Positions 1 through 15,591 of a stretch of 64,000 nucleotides of DNA are shown here, in pieces; within the stretch, counting starts at the first letter, position 1, and each line of letters begins with the position of its first letter. Below the pieces are notes generated by a model that was not told the DNA's origin, did no database searches, and worked only from the letters and a program-made list of their open reading frames with translations. The DNA lies in the NCBI GenBank assembly GCA_964016885.1, contig OZ024742.1, forward strand, positions 130,634,001 through 130,698,000. The letters run 5' to 3'. This DNA is from Eledone cirrhosa (taxonomy: Eukaryota). The translations under genes were made by a program, and so were the position numbers.

Positions 1-126
1 AAAGAGTTAAACAAGATTCAATGAGTATATCAGAGAATGAGTTTTACATTAGATTGGAAGCACTCTACGCTAAATAATTTTCCAGAGTTATTAATATTAA
101 AATACAAATATTAATAAAATAGATGT

Positions 127-161
<35 letters not shown>

Positions 162-168
<7 letters not shown>

Positions 169-300
169 GAGAATGTCTGCCTGTCTGTCAGCTTCCTAAA
201 ACTCGAGAACCACCCAACCGATTGTTTTCAAACTTTACACATGTAATACTTATGGTCCTGTGAGTGTTTTGAGAGAAATAATTTCAAATTATCAATGCCC
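162..300 (+). mobile_element. Possible 5' end of a non-autonomous Helitron/DINE-like element
   Basis: (TA)n-AAAA followed by GTCTGCCTGTCTGTC and AACTCGAGAACCACCCAACCGATT...CAAACTTT, an arrangement typical of short Helitron-derived repeats; no 3' end identified. Confidence 0.35.
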
Positions 301-423
301 TAGGGACCGCATTAGGCGATTTAGCGATATATCTCTATAATTCTCAGTCTTTCTTTTTAGATAGACACATAGATATAACGTTGCGCCCTTATAATATCTG
401 GCTGGATTACGACATTATGACGC

Positions 424-474
<51 letters not shown>

Positions 475-562
475 ATATATGGTGTGTGTATATATATATA
501 TATATATAGTGTGTAACGTTTTTCGAAATATTTCCTTCTGCGTTTAAAGATTGATTTTTTTT

Positions 563-613
563 AGTTTCAGAAGATCCCGCTAAGGGTGAAAGCAGCGATT
601 CTTTGCTTAAACT
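563..613 (+). ncRNA. Type I hammerhead-like motif, family A (variant core CAGAAGA)
   Basis: AGTTT-CAGAAGA-TCCCGCTAAGGGT-GAAA-GCAG(CGATTCT)TTGC-TT-AAACT; stems I, II and III all pair; CUU triplet. Confidence 0.6.
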
Positions 614-630
614 TTAATCTGTTATTTTAA

Positions 631-670
<40 letters not shown>

Positions 671-718
671 CATATATTAAAATATATATATACATATATA
701 TATATACATACATATATA

Positions 719-836
<118 letters not shown>

Positions 837-870
837 CATATATATATATACATACATATATATACATATA

Positions 871-1235
871 TTAAAACACGAGAATGCTGAGGATGGCTCT
901 GAACATTAATCAGTATACACTGAGGATGAAAAACTCAGAGCTGTATGGGAGCATCCCAAAAGTCAGCTCAAAAGTGACACAGAGGAGACTGAGGTTAGCT
1001 GGACATGCTCACCGACATCCAGAGTTGACATTGCACTCAGTACTCCTTTGGGAGCCCCTACATGGACACACTAGAAGAGGAAGACCTAGGTTAACGTATG
1101 TTGATGCCCTAAGGACAGACACTGGTCTGTTGGAGATGCAGGACATGGCAGCGATAATGAGGGACAGAGACCGCTGGAGAGAACTCGTCCATGGATCTCG
1201 GGAATTTTACCCGCCTTAGATAGATAGATAGATAT
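871..1235 (+). mobile_element. 5'-truncated RTE/RTEX-like LINE 3' end with (TAGA)n tail
   Basis: ORF 884-1219 has RRLRLAGH...LLWEP.HG...RGRPRLTYVDAL..DTG...DRDRWR, the typical C-terminus of RTE-group LINEs; tandem-repeat tail follows the stop. Confidence 0.8.
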
Positions 1236-1370
1236 ACATATATATATATATATAGGAGTAAGTAAGACCCCGACGGCTGAGCTCAAGCCGTTTCGACGGC
1301 TAATTCTGTACTGTGCGTTATGGTCCACCTGGTTCCTTACCACTTTTCATTCGCTATATATATATATATA

Positions 1371-1880
1371 GTAATAATAATAAAATTGAAGACTAAAATC
1401 CAGAGAGGGCTCGATAAGGAAAATATATATCAAATATATAAGAACCGAAGAGCAAATATTTATTAAAATAACAGATTAAAGTTTAAGCAAAGAATCGCTG
1501 CTTTCACCCTTAACGGGATCTTCTGAAACTAATAAAGTCAATCTGTAAACGCAGAACTGGATATTTCAAAAAACGTTGCAACCGGAGGAAGACAGGAAGA
1601 CGATACTTTGGTTCATGGTGACGTTCGCTGGCAAAGAACGGGAAAAAACGAATAATACGTCATTAATAGGAGCGGTGAAAAACAATTACGTGCAAGGACA
1701 GAACCACGTTTATGGTATAAAAGAGGTCGTAGACTAATGTTCTCTAAGTGGTGCATAGAGACGTTCTCTGGCAATGAACGAAAAAACGAAGATAATAAGT
1801 CATATGTGGAGCGTGGAGAACAATAGCGTGCAAAGACAAAACCACGTAAATCTGCTATACCATTTACGTGGTTTTGTCTT
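1371..1880 (-). mobile_element. Family A non-autonomous PLE-like element with HHR at 1480-1530
   Basis: Reverse complement of 515-631 and 61500-61842; short internal inversion 1832-1850/1863-1881; abuts (TA)n. Confidence 0.65.
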
Positions 1881-2143
1881 TCTTTTCTCAGGGCGAAACA
1901 GATTAAATCCCTAATCTGTCCGGGAGATATAATAGTTATTGAGGCGGTCTGTATGTATCTTATTTTATTTTATGTAAATTCCGTTTGCTTCTGATTAAAT
2001 TTCTCAAACAAATTTGGTATTTCAACCCTCGTAATTTTAGACACACGATTTACTACATATATTATATATATATATATATATATATAAACTTCCTATAACT
2101 CAACTGTTCTAAAAAAATAGATTGTTTATACACACACACACAC

Positions 2144-2420
2144 AAGGGCCTTGTTTCAGGGGGTACCAAGGGGACAAGCCCCCCCCCCTCCCACACCTTT
2201 TCAAACGTCTATATTTTATTTTTTGTTTATTTGAAATAAATTCTTTTTAAGCTTATTTTCTTATATCTGAACTTCATTTGAATATATAAAATTTAATTAG
2301 CGTAAAATTTTACTTATGTGATAGGGTCCGGGAAAGGGACCATAAGTAATTTATGTTCCTTTAAGAATCAAGAAATGTTGGTTTGTCCCTCTCACATTTT
2401 AAAGGCAAACGAAGCCCCTG
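2144..2420. mobile_element. Possible hAT-like MITE inserted in (CA)n
   Basis: Imperfect terminal inverted match AAGGGCCTTGTTT / AAACGAAGCCCCTG; CACACACA on both sides. Confidence 0.3.
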
Positions 2421-2444
2421 CACACACACACACCAAACATACAT

Positions 2445-2546
<102 letters not shown>

Positions 2547-2561
2547 AGACACACAAAACAT

Positions 2562-2600
<39 letters not shown>

Positions 2601-2780
2601 AAAACGCACACACAAAACATACACACAAACACACACACATATATATATATATATATAAACACACAAAACATACACACACACACACACATATATATATACA
2701 CACACACATATATATATACACACACTCATATATATATACACACACACACACAAATATATATATATACACACACACATACA

Positions 2781-2819
<39 letters not shown>

Positions 2820-3821
2820 AATCTATTTTTTAGAATAGTTGAGTTATAGGAAGTTTATACACACACACACATACACACACGCACTCATATATATATATAT
2901 ATATACATACAAACACACACGGCGTATTATTATGGCTGATTACAAGCTGGCCCTTATAAAAAAAGACACAAAATACTCTCAATCTGGATAACGTATTCAC
3001 TGTATATAATGGAAGAAACAACGGTTTTCTTGTGTTTTCTATAGCTTTGGATTTCTATTCTTTTCTAGATATTTTTTCTATTAATACCTATTCTCATTTT
3101 TATTTATCTATTTATTTGTTTACCTATTTTTCTCGCCTTTCAACAAACTTTGCCAAACAGTGTATTGTTGTAAACGCTTGAAAGCCGACTGATACTTGAA
3201 TTCTACTGCAGCTGGTGGCTTGCAGCGTGGCTACTAGCCAATCTAATTTCGAATGCACTTGACATTTACCTTGCCTTGACATTTGATGTCACGACTAGTT
3301 GGACGATAAGGGTGGAGATTTCTATAGAACACACACAGGCACAGACACTAACACACACGTATATATATATACATACATACATTCACACACACGCACACAT
3401 ACACCCATATATGTACATACACACACATATACATACGCACACACACACACACACACACACGCACACGTGTATATATACCCATACACACAGACACACACAC
3501 ACTAACACACACGTATATATATATATATATACATACATACATTCACACACACGCACACATACACACACATATGTACATACACACACATATACATACGCAC
3601 ACACACACACACACACACACGCACACGTGTATATATACACATACACACACACGCACACCCACACCCACACCCACACCCACACACCCCCACACACACACAC
3701 ACACACATATATATAATGAAATATCACATAAAATAGCTAGCTAGATAGTTGTACTGTGATGAATGAATAGATAAATGTTAAGCAAGCAGATATATAATAG
3801 ATAGGTATGTAGGCAGTTAGA

Positions 3822-3877
<56 letters not shown>

Positions 3878-4171
3878 TAGAAGGGGTATTTAATTTGTTG
3901 GAAGTCCGACAAATATAAATGTTTATAACTGATTTAGAGCACTCAACAGTTTAATGGAGTAAATATTCAATGATATTAAATAAATGGAAACTATATTTAT
4001 AAAACCATATTTATTTTATTATATATATTTGTTTTTCAATTATTTACATATTCATTTGCATATTCACACATAAGTTTGAATAATCCCTAATATATTTCCA
4101 CTATCCAGTGAATTTCCAACCGATAAGGTATGATTTTCATGGGTATGTCTCTATTTATAAAACACACTTTG

Positions 4172-4236
4172 TATTTTATCTGATGAAAGCGTACTAGTGT
4201 TGTCTTTGGTACCCTTGAAATATATATAATAAAATA
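4172..4236 (+). ncRNA. Minimal type I hammerhead ribozyme, family B, within element 3875-4280
   Basis: TATTTTAT-CTGATGA-AAG...CTT-GAAA-TATATA-TA-ATAAAATA; 8-bp stem I; palindromic stem III; AUA triplet. Confidence 0.8.
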
Positions 4237-4275
4237 AATATGGTTTTATAAATATAGTTTTCATTTATTTAATAT

Positions 4276-4930
<655 letters not shown>

Positions 4931-4935
4931 TATAA

Positions 4936-5008
<73 letters not shown>

Positions 5009-5114
5009 TATATATATATACGTATATATATATATGTGTGTATATATATATATTCTTTTTTATTATGTATATATAAATATGTATATATATATATATGTAT
5101 ATATATATGTGTGT

Positions 5115-5471
5115 CTGATGGTAGCTAAGATGCTTCCATAGGCGGTATGCCGGTTGAGCACTCTATGCTCTTACAGAGCAGAGTATGATAGAATAGAAAA
5201 CGAAAAATCAGTGATGCATCTGAACTTAATTTATTGTGTGTTACAATTGTTTCTCCGGCGGACAGCTCGAGACGCGATCATTGTATGGATCTGTCTAATG
5301 GTTTCGGAGCATAATGCTCTGAAACCATTAGACGTGTCCGTCGAACGTGCGGGTCCAGAATCAGACAGATCCACACAATGATCGCGTCTCGAGCTGTCCG
5401 CCGGCGAAACAATTGTTACACACAATAAATTGAGTTCAGATGCATCACTGATTTTTCGTTTTCTATTCTAT
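5115..5471. mobile_element. Fold-back element between (TA)n tracts
   Basis: Arms ~5189-5300 and ~5360-5470 are inverted; contains GAAA-CAATTG-TA/TT and AATAAA, but no clean CUGANGA core. Confidence 0.6.
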
Positions 5472-5472
5472 A

Positions 5473-5572
<100 letters not shown>

Positions 5573-5573
5573 T

Positions 5574-6134
<561 letters not shown>

Positions 6135-6713
6135 CATATATGTGTGTGTGCGTGTGTGTGTGAGTGTGTATATATATATATATATATATGTGATTGTGTG
6201 AGTATGTGACGTTTGATTTTTTATTTCTGTTTGCCTTTTGCATACACGCACAAACACCCCCACACGCTCCCCCCACGCACGCACACACACACATACACAC
6301 ACACACTCACGAACACACACACACACACAGACACGCATATATATATAATAACTGTTTCTACTTTAGGCACAAGGCCAGCAATTACCCAGTGCATTACTAT
6401 ATAATAACATTAGAAAAATGAACAAAGAGAAGACAACGAACAAAAACAAGACAGAACGAAAATAAATTTTTTGAAGATAAAAAGAAAATCACACGAAAGA
6501 CACAGGACTCCAAGTTCTACATCCGTCCATATGAACTTTGGCAGTTTCAACCTCTACCGACTGGCCCACTCGAGGTCACAGCGTCTGACACAAGCCAAAG
6601 CGCTGTCCCTGGAGTAAAAGACAAGAGAAAATGATAACTTACAGCGATTAAGCCATAACAGGTACATAATTGTATGTGACGACTAAGAGAGGGTATTGTG
6701 CTTTTTATAGAAA

Positions 6714-6798
<85 letters not shown>

Positions 6799-8589
6799 TA
6801 GATAGATAGATAGATTTCTTTATTTGCCACAGGGGCGTACAAAAATGGGACATTACAAGACGTGAAGAATGAATAACAATAAACTACATATAAAATATTA
6901 AAAAAACGATCGAAATCCCCATTAGGGGGGAACGTTACTGCGGTGTTGTTTTACACCCCGTAGATAGACCAACCCTCAACACCAGGAACACGTTTTGTAG
7001 GTGTTCCCGTCTTCCCTCTGTTTGTCTTTCTCAACCTACAAGTTTATATACAGAGAAGGCCCATTCACTCGGGCCATTTTCGCCACATTCACCCACATAA
7101 TTAGAAAGACTGAGATTGATGAAAACTTGGTTAATAAGATTAATGTAAATTGACAGCTAGATAAATATAGATATTTGAGCAGGGTGTCTGATAAATAGAT
7201 AGCAAGGGTTAAATGGATCAACATACAGATACTTATATCAGTATATATGTATACATGTTTGTGTCGATAGATATACAGTCAGATATATCAATAGTGAAAT
7301 AGATAATTTTGTAATTATAGACAAACTGATGGATAGACAGATAGATAAATGGTTAGAAAGATGATTAGAATATACGAAGACATTTTTTTTTTGTTTGCGA
7401 GATCATTGGTAGTTGTTCCTGTTGATAAAAATCCCTGCAGTTTTTGTGTCCTTACAATAGTCGCCCATGCTGTCAATAATGGTTTCTGATTTACACACAA
7501 GGCCAACAATTTTTGAGTGGGAAAAATTGATTAAATATACCCCAGTGCGTTACTTTATTTCATCAACCCCCGTAAAGATGAAAAGCAAAGTTAACCTAGG
7601 TGGGATTTGAACTCAGAACGCAAAGGGGCGTAACTCTATACTAAAAAAAATGCTATACTTTCAATAATGACGGCAATAGCGTTGAATGCATTGAATTTTT
7701 GGAGTCTAGAATTGGTATATTATATATACCAGAATTACCGGATATATGAACAAAGTGGGAATTTACGTTCTGATAAATCAATGGTTTGATTACTGACACG
7801 TGGACCTGATTAAAGCTAAGAATGATATTTTAGTAATTCATTTCTAGGACATAATTACATAAATGTTCAGAATATATACATACATATATACATACATACA
7901 TACATACATACATACATACATACCCCCCCCCCACACACATATATATATATATATATATATACATGACTTACAGAATTAAATGTATGAGTAACTTTGGAGA
8001 AATACCTATTTACAGCGACACATGTAGGGATTAGAACCTTTGACCTTGTAATTGGAAAGCAAATTTATTATTGAAGCAACATGACTGAGATGAGAAGTGC
8101 ATTGTGTGTATGTTTTTGTTTATAATTATTATTGTTGATTATCATTGTGATTAGTGATTGCTCCCACTAAAATCAACTTTAGTATTCATCTTTCCGGGGT
8201 CAATGAAATAAATTACCGGTTAAGTCTTGGGGTGGATATAATCTGTTCCCTTTTCCCTGAGATTTCTGGTCTAGTGCCAATGTTAGAAACAATTTTGAAG
8301 GAAGAATTTCTCTCAGGAGAGAGCTATAGTGTATAGTTAAGAAGAAGCAACAGAAAAAAACTAAATTAAAACGATTAGAAAACGCATCGTAAACGATGTG
8401 GTAGTGGCCAAAATGGCGATCGACCATTTCTTCGACGCGAAACACTAAGTTTTCGATGCCACAGCTAAAGTACGTATTAAACATGTGGACACTAAAGTCG
8501 TTTGATGGACTTACGTTGCGTGATGTGGAAACAAAACTACAATTATGACATTGACGGACCTTGGCGGTTGCGTGCGAAGCCAGTGGTTC

Positions 8590-10050
8590 TCTAGCAGTAA
8601 TTTGTTCCATTATTTGGGTGTAGTGGAGGCTAGACATCACGATTGTAGTGCCTCCTTCAAAATTCTGCTGCAAATCTGGACAGAAGAGGTGGAGTGTAAT
8701 AAGGGATGCAGTAAACTAGTGAAAGGTCTCAAATCATCAGGTCGAAACTTGCACCTTCTGCGTTGCGTGGTTTAACAGCACTACTGAATTCTTGAGAGCA
8801 TTTTATATAATCCAGTTTGTTGCAAATATTCGGGCCAATCTTCAGTTTGAGAATAACTTCCACCTGCCAATCTCGGAGGCACTGTAAAGGGTGATGGGTT
8901 CTGCTCTTTCTCCGCTAATTAAGATATGAGGCTGCAACTACTCCAGCGATCCTGACTGGTGAGGGGTGATGTTTTTTTAGACACATTTTTTTTCTAGTTA
9001 ATTTCTTTGACGGAAATGCAATCCTTGGTCAACTAATGACAGAAATTGGGTGCCTGGCATCTCAAATGTTGTCAGGTGCTCACAGTTCGCTACAAGTCTG
9101 AAACTTTGTGTTCTATATAGGATTCGTAATGGATAAATGCGACAACGTTTTTCGAGAGTCTCTGGGTGTAGACGAGGATTAACAAAGCAGCCTATTCTGG
9201 AGGACTTTCGGATATTTCTGGTCTGACAGTGCTACTTTAGGGCATAGTCGATTCGCGATAAATTCTACAGGCCCGGAAGTGCCATCATCTGGGGCTGTTC
9301 GAGATTCGCGCAGGCAACGAAACTGTTATACACATTCATTTAGTGTCCGAGCTTTGCTGAAATCCTGTGTTATGTCAAACAGCTGTTGTGACACGCATGA
9401 TGAATCCAGCTATCATGTGAGGACTCCTCCTCCTCATTATTTCTAACAGAAAGGGTCGACAGTTTTCGTCTGCCTTGCAGCCATGAATAAGAAAGATTGA
9501 AAGGACTGAAGATAGGCACTTTCTTCTTTAGCTAAACTCCCTTCCCCACTACACCCAATTCTTCAAGCCTCATCTGGAGTGAATGGAAAGGGCGATGGGG
9601 AGGAACTGTTCTCCCATGAATTTGCTGAAAGGTGCACGAGAATGGTGAGAAATACTCTTATGTACAGATCGACTCTCAGGTTGACAGCTGAGATCCGGTA
9701 ATGATGATTAAGGGACAAACCTTAACGGGGGTTAAAACCTTTTGATAAACTACGAAAAAGAGACTAGCGCATGTCGTGAGTCAAACGCAATTCTGATATT
9801 TCTGACAAATGTTTCCATGACAACCGTGAAATATATTGAGGATAACTATTGGTAATATAACTACTGGTGAGGGCTGTGATTAAACTATATCACTCAAAAG
9901 CTTTCAATATGGCCAAACATCGCTACTTGGCTACTGTACTAATTACAGCTGAGTCTGGTACTATTTTAAGAGACTACATCTCTCTGTACAGTGGCATCTG
10001 TTCGGTGGTCTGATTATGTCTTAACATCATGTAATGATTTAGCAGAAAAA
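8590..10050 (-). pseudogene. Heavily decayed Ty3/Gypsy-like pol (RNase H/integrase) remnant
   Basis: More GC-balanced tract; minus-strand fragments loosely resemble RNase H and integrase motifs (e.g. PLxTFxMP, SSLHYTQ.MEQ) in pol order; many stops and frameshifts. Confidence 0.35.
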
Positions 10051-10652
10051 AATATAAAAATCGTTTTATTAATTCAAATGTTTATAGAATATTTACAAGC
10101 GGACAGATTTTTGTGAAAATATGCTGTATTAATTTGATGTAGTTATAGCGCTGCTTTGTACTTTAAAAAATACCATACTAATACAGCTTCTGTTGACACA
10201 GGACATCTTAACTGTTTCCACTCACAAGGTTTGTTAAGGTCTCCCTCTTATTGTTCATATACATTTACGTATTGAGCTACAGTTGTTGAAGAAATCAAGT
10301 TGAAAAGCAGTTGAGCTATGTCAGTATATGTCACCATAAGCAGAGAGAGTTAGTATTATACTGAAAGGATACCAGGTTGTAACAAGAGCTCAAAGTAACC
10401 AGGGGAATCAGTGGACTTTCAGCTCTGGATTCAGAGGGAAAAATCCATGTCGGTCATTATACATCACTGAACTCCATTCCGGTTAAAGTTATTGAAATCT
10501 GATAATGTTCAGACCTTCGTGGCATAGGACTAAACTTCTGGTTTTGTTTGAAGGATACAGTAGTGGTATGCACTTATCTTGGACATTTCAACATAGCTGA
10601 GTTCATCGTTCTCCAGGTCTAAACACGGTCGAATTTTTCCAGAGAGAGAGGG

Positions 10653-10715
<63 letters not shown>

Positions 10716-10874
10716 TAGAGAGAGAGAGAGAGGAGTGAAAGAGAAGAAGTGGGAGAGAGATATAGAGGAAGAATGGACCCTAATACTTGACGTGTACTTT
10801 ATTTATCGATCTCAAAATGACGAAAGGCAAATTTGACGCCGGCGGGATTTGAACTCATTGCATATATATATACA

Positions 10875-10948
<74 letters not shown>

Positions 10949-11379
10949 CCGGAACGAATAAGGCGAAGCATTCTATCCGACGTTCTAACAACTCTGCTAT
11001 TTGACTTCTTCTGTTCAAACCTTCAGGGAGTAGAAACTGACAGGAAGTTACGAGGAGAGTGATCAGTCTCACTGAGAAATATGTGGAAGGAGGGAAAGTT
11101 CTCGTTGAAAGATAGAGAAGAGGTGTTTGAACGTCTACATTTAGCCAGTCATTTATTAGTCTCAAGCTAACAAACCAAACAAAACTCCATTGACTATGTT
11201 GTATTAAACGATATCATTGTAGACGAAAGTAGTGATTTGGTCACCAATAATTTCCTTTCCTCTCCCTTTCTCATGTCTCTCCTTCTGCTTCATAGGCATA
11301 CATATTGACATGGACACCTATGTCAGTGACACCATTAATACAAACACACACACACACACACACACTCACGCCTATACAT

Positions 11380-11960
11380 ACATACATGGTGGCTGCCAAC
11401 TCGTTTTCGAGTACAGTCACTACTTTATATCCATGTAGGAGAACCCTTTCCGATGCGCTGAACGAGTGTGACGTTTTAGTCCAGCCAGCGACTTGAAAAC
11501 TCTGGTACAAACACTACACTTGTGACAATTATTGACACATAGTGCTGGGCCCATGGTACCATGTGACGGCAAGTGCAGAGAGATCCCCAGATATAAAGCA
11601 ATTCCTGTGCCGTGAAGCTTTTATAGTGAGCAAAGGCACTGCACAAAGCCAGTCCCACTCTCTTAACCAAGATGATATTTACCAAAAAGAAGAACAAGTC
11701 AACATCATTGGATACCATCAGGGTTGCAGGTGTTATATCAGAGTTTTCGTTATCCTAGAATTCTGCCTTGACAAAGGCTAAGGGGTCATCTCTCCCGGTG
11801 ATTTTGGATGGTCATTGACTCTTAAGAGCACCTTTGCCCTTTGACAGGTTTTGTTTTTAGACCTGCAGGATGTCCAAAGTCACTCTCCTCACCAAGAAAC
11901 CTTGGTGGGGTTGCCAGTTTAGTCGCCAACGACCCGACCAGTAGCACCAACTGGTGACCT
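11380..11960 (-). pseudogene. Decayed RTE-like LINE remnant
   Basis: Fragments SNDVDL (YADD-like), LYLG and ERVLLHG (VLLYG-like) occur in the expected order. Confidence 0.3.
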
Positions 11961-12012
11961 GACATACATACATACATACATACATACATACATACATACA
12001 TACATACATACA

Positions 12013-12046
<34 letters not shown>

Positions 12047-12060
12047 CGTACATATATATC

Positions 12061-12826
12061 CCGATAAATTAACGGAGCCATAGACTCTCGCTATTCCCTG
12101 TCTATAATGTGCTCAAAGGAATAGGAATCCTGAGCTCTTTAAAATACGATTTGTTGAAAAGGTAACACACTAGAGAGAGATAGTGCGCCATCAATAAAAC
12201 AGGGAAAACCACCAGTGTATGGAATCTATAACCTATGAAAGGCAGGGTAGACACACGATAATTAAAAATATAAACTAAAGTGTAAATACGTACCTCTATA
12301 ACTATATAACACACACGTACAAATCCAAAGAGATCTGTTTCGCCAATAAGTTGTTGACAGAAACGAAATAGCCCATGGTTCATCAGCGTGTGTAAGGCTA
12401 TACATTTCAGACAACTCTAAGAGAATTTAAAGCGACTGTCCAGTTACACGTGGGAGATAGAAGTCACAGCGTGTTTAGGGCAGTGAACCAGTGGTATCTG
12501 AGTGACGAACTTCTAGAAAGGGTAGCCCAGAACCACTCAGAGAAGGGTGCTCAACCAAACAGAGAGAGAGAGGAAAGACTGTTATAAGGAGCGAAATATC
12601 ACGATAAATTACCGGAGCCATAGACTCTCGCTATTCCATGTCAATAATGTGCTCAATGAAGTAGGAATCCTCAGCTCTTTAAAATACAATATGTTGAAAA
12701 GGTAACACACTAGAGAGAGATAGTGCGCCATCAATAAAACAGGGAAAACCACTTGTGGTTTTCTCTGTTTTATTGATGGCGCACTATCTCTCTCTAGTGT
12801 GTTACCTTTTCAACATATTGTATTTT
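12061..12826 (-). mobile_element. Family E non-autonomous PLE/retrozyme-like element: 540-nt unit, partial direct repeat and inverted end
   Basis: 12062.. is repeated at 12602..12752 (540-nt period); 12755-12826 is inverted; no credible ORF; further pieces at 51546-51603 and 51908-52275. Confidence 0.75.
12310..12394 (-). ncRNA. Complete type I hammerhead ribozyme, family E
   Basis: TACACACG-CTGATGA-ACCA...TGGC-GAAA-CAGATC(TCTTTG)GATTTG-TA-CGTGTGTG; stable stem III; GUA triplet. Confidence 0.8.
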
Positions 12827-12964
12827 TACGTACATATATATATATATATATTTATTAAATAACAGATTAAAGTTTAAGCAAAGAATCGTTGTTATTTAAT
12901 AAATATTTGCTCTACGGTTTTATATATTTTTATATATATATTATCCTTTTCGATTTATTATTAT

Positions 12965-13048
<84 letters not shown>

Positions 13049-13089
13049 ATAATATTAATAAATGGAAACTATCTTTATAAAACCCTATT

Positions 13090-13152
13090 TATTTTATTAT
13101 ATATATTTCAAGGGGGTACCAGCATTTTGGTACGCTCTCATCAGATAAAATA
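13090..13152 (-). ncRNA. Hammerhead ribozyme, family B
   Basis: TATTTTAT-CTGATGA-GAGCGTACCA(AAATGC)TGGTACCCCCTT-GAAA-TATATA-TA-ATAAAATA. Confidence 0.8.
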
Positions 13153-13223
13153 CAAAAGTTGTTTTACAGATAGTGACATAGTCAAACTAGAACTTAATGT
13201 TGTGTTGTCTTTCTCTCTCTCTC

Positions 13224-13290
<67 letters not shown>

Positions 13291-13434
13291 TTATCCCGGG
13301 TTTAATCGGGTATAACCACAGTAAGTAAGGTGCTCAATACATAGCAGAGTTTAAATATTTAATATAGAAATGGCTTCTACAGGACTAGAACTGTTTCTTT
13401 CAGGAGACAGTTCTAGTCTGCAGAAGCCATTTCT

Positions 13435-13510
<76 letters not shown>

Positions 13511-13529
13511 TCTCTCTCCCTCCCTCTCA

Positions 13530-13560
<31 letters not shown>

Positions 13561-13600
13561 ATATATTAATAAATGGAAACTATATCTATGAAGCCATATT

Positions 13601-13666
13601 TATTTTATTATATATATTTCAAGCGCAAACAAGGCAAATTATGGTGCGCTTTCATCAGATAAAATG
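13601..13666 (-). ncRNA. Hammerhead ribozyme, family B
   Basis: ATTTTAT-CTGATGA-AAGCGCA...TGCGCTT-GAAA-TATATA-TA-ATAAAAT. Confidence 0.8.
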
Positions 13667-13822
13667 CAGATTTGTTTTATAAATAAATATTGACACGCGG
13701 AAAAAAGACAACCTTAACGGTTGGAGCTTCCTGGATAGTGAGTGCCTTCTGTTGAGTGCATTATATCAGTTATAAAATTGTTTAAGCTTGTTGAATCCCA
13801 ACAAATTAAATATAACCTCTGC

Positions 13823-13902
<80 letters not shown>

Positions 13903-14397
13903 TTCCTCACAGATCTTCTTGCCATATAACCATTGCGCCTATATAATCTTACAAATACGATTAATGTGGATATATTTGTCTAGACAATATTTTAGCTGTT
14001 GAAACAGTAAGAGCTCAGCCGTCGGGGTCCTGACTTATTCATTCATATATATATATAATATATATAAATCCCTTCAGTCACGAATGTTGAAGGGATTTGC
14101 ACCTGGATAGTTCCCCTCAGAAGCATAACCCAAGCAAGGTGTTGAAGACCAGTCGTCACCCATACATTCCAGTCTCCCCTCTCACGCCACCGATGTTGAG
14201 GGAATAACGTGAAATGAAGTGTCATACTCAAGGAAACACCACACCGCTCGGTTTGGGAATCGAACTCAAGAATGTAAACCCTACGCTCTAATCACTATAC
14301 CACGCACCTTCACACACACACACAGACACACGCACACACAAACACACACACGCACACACACACACACGCACGCACGCACGCACACACACACACGCAC

Positions 14398-14439
<42 letters not shown>

Positions 14440-14627
14440 ACACACTCATATATATATACAATTATATATTTCTATATATATTTGTGTATATATGTACTCA
14501 CACACATATATATGTATATGTGTGTGTGTATGCCCACTCATCCATATATTGTACTAGACACTCTCTTAAATTGTATTTATCAGACAGTGTAACAAATTCA
14601 CATTTGACAAGAAAGCAAAAATAACAA

Positions 14628-14815
14628 GTGGATTGGCAGTATAGGTAGAGGGTCGGACGCCATGCTTTCCAGCATAGTTACGTCCCTTTACGGTCTGAGT
14701 TCAAATCCCGCCGAGGTTGCCTTTGCCTTTCATCCTTATGGGGTCGATAAAATAAAGTACCAGTAATGCACTGGGTAATTGCTGGCCTTGTGCCTAAAGT
14801 AGAAACAATTATTAT
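14628..14815 (+). mobile_element. tRNA-derived SINE, family 1 (Meta-domain-like core)
   Basis: A box TGGCAGTATAGG, B box GAGTTCAAATCC, core GCCTTTCATCCTTATGGGGTCGATAAAATAAAGTACCAG, (ATT)n tail; more than 10 copies or fragments in the window. Confidence 0.85.
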
Positions 14816-15029
14816 TATTATTATTAAAATAATAAAATAATAATAACAAAATAACATTGCAAAAACATTCAGGAAACTGTTGGCGCACACCCACTTACAC
14901 CCCCACACACAAACACATACCCACTTACACCTACACACACATATTTATATAAACAGAAAAGAAGAAATTATTCACATTTGCTAAGTTTAATGTATATACA
15001 TACATACATATATATATACATATATATAT

Positions 15030-15095
<66 letters not shown>

Positions 15096-15138
15096 ATACA
15101 CACACACATATATATATATATAATATATACAAACATGA

Positions 15139-15176
<38 letters not shown>

Positions 15177-15195
15177 CACATATATATATATATAC

Positions 15196-15248
<53 letters not shown>

Positions 15249-15396
15249 TATGTACACATATACATATATTTGTATGCACATGTTTGTGTGTGTGTTTGTA
15301 TTTACGTTTCTAACACCTACTGTATTTCTTTCTTTTGTGACTGGATAATCTATTGAATACACACACACACACACACACACTCACACACACACACAG

Positions 15397-15458
<62 letters not shown>

Positions 15459-15501
15459 ATACATATATACATGTATACATACACATAAATATATATATGT
15501 A

Positions 15502-15591
<90 letters not shown>

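Noticed and set aside
1257-1312. Hammerhead half GAAACGGCT...AGCCGTC-GGGG, also near 49870-49916 and 14002-14030
   Set aside because: Stem III and GUC are present but no CUGANGA core is visible, so not counted as a ribozyme
14628-14720. Functional tRNA genes at SINE heads
   Set aside because: A and B boxes only, with no full cloverleaf, fused to a SINE core and tail
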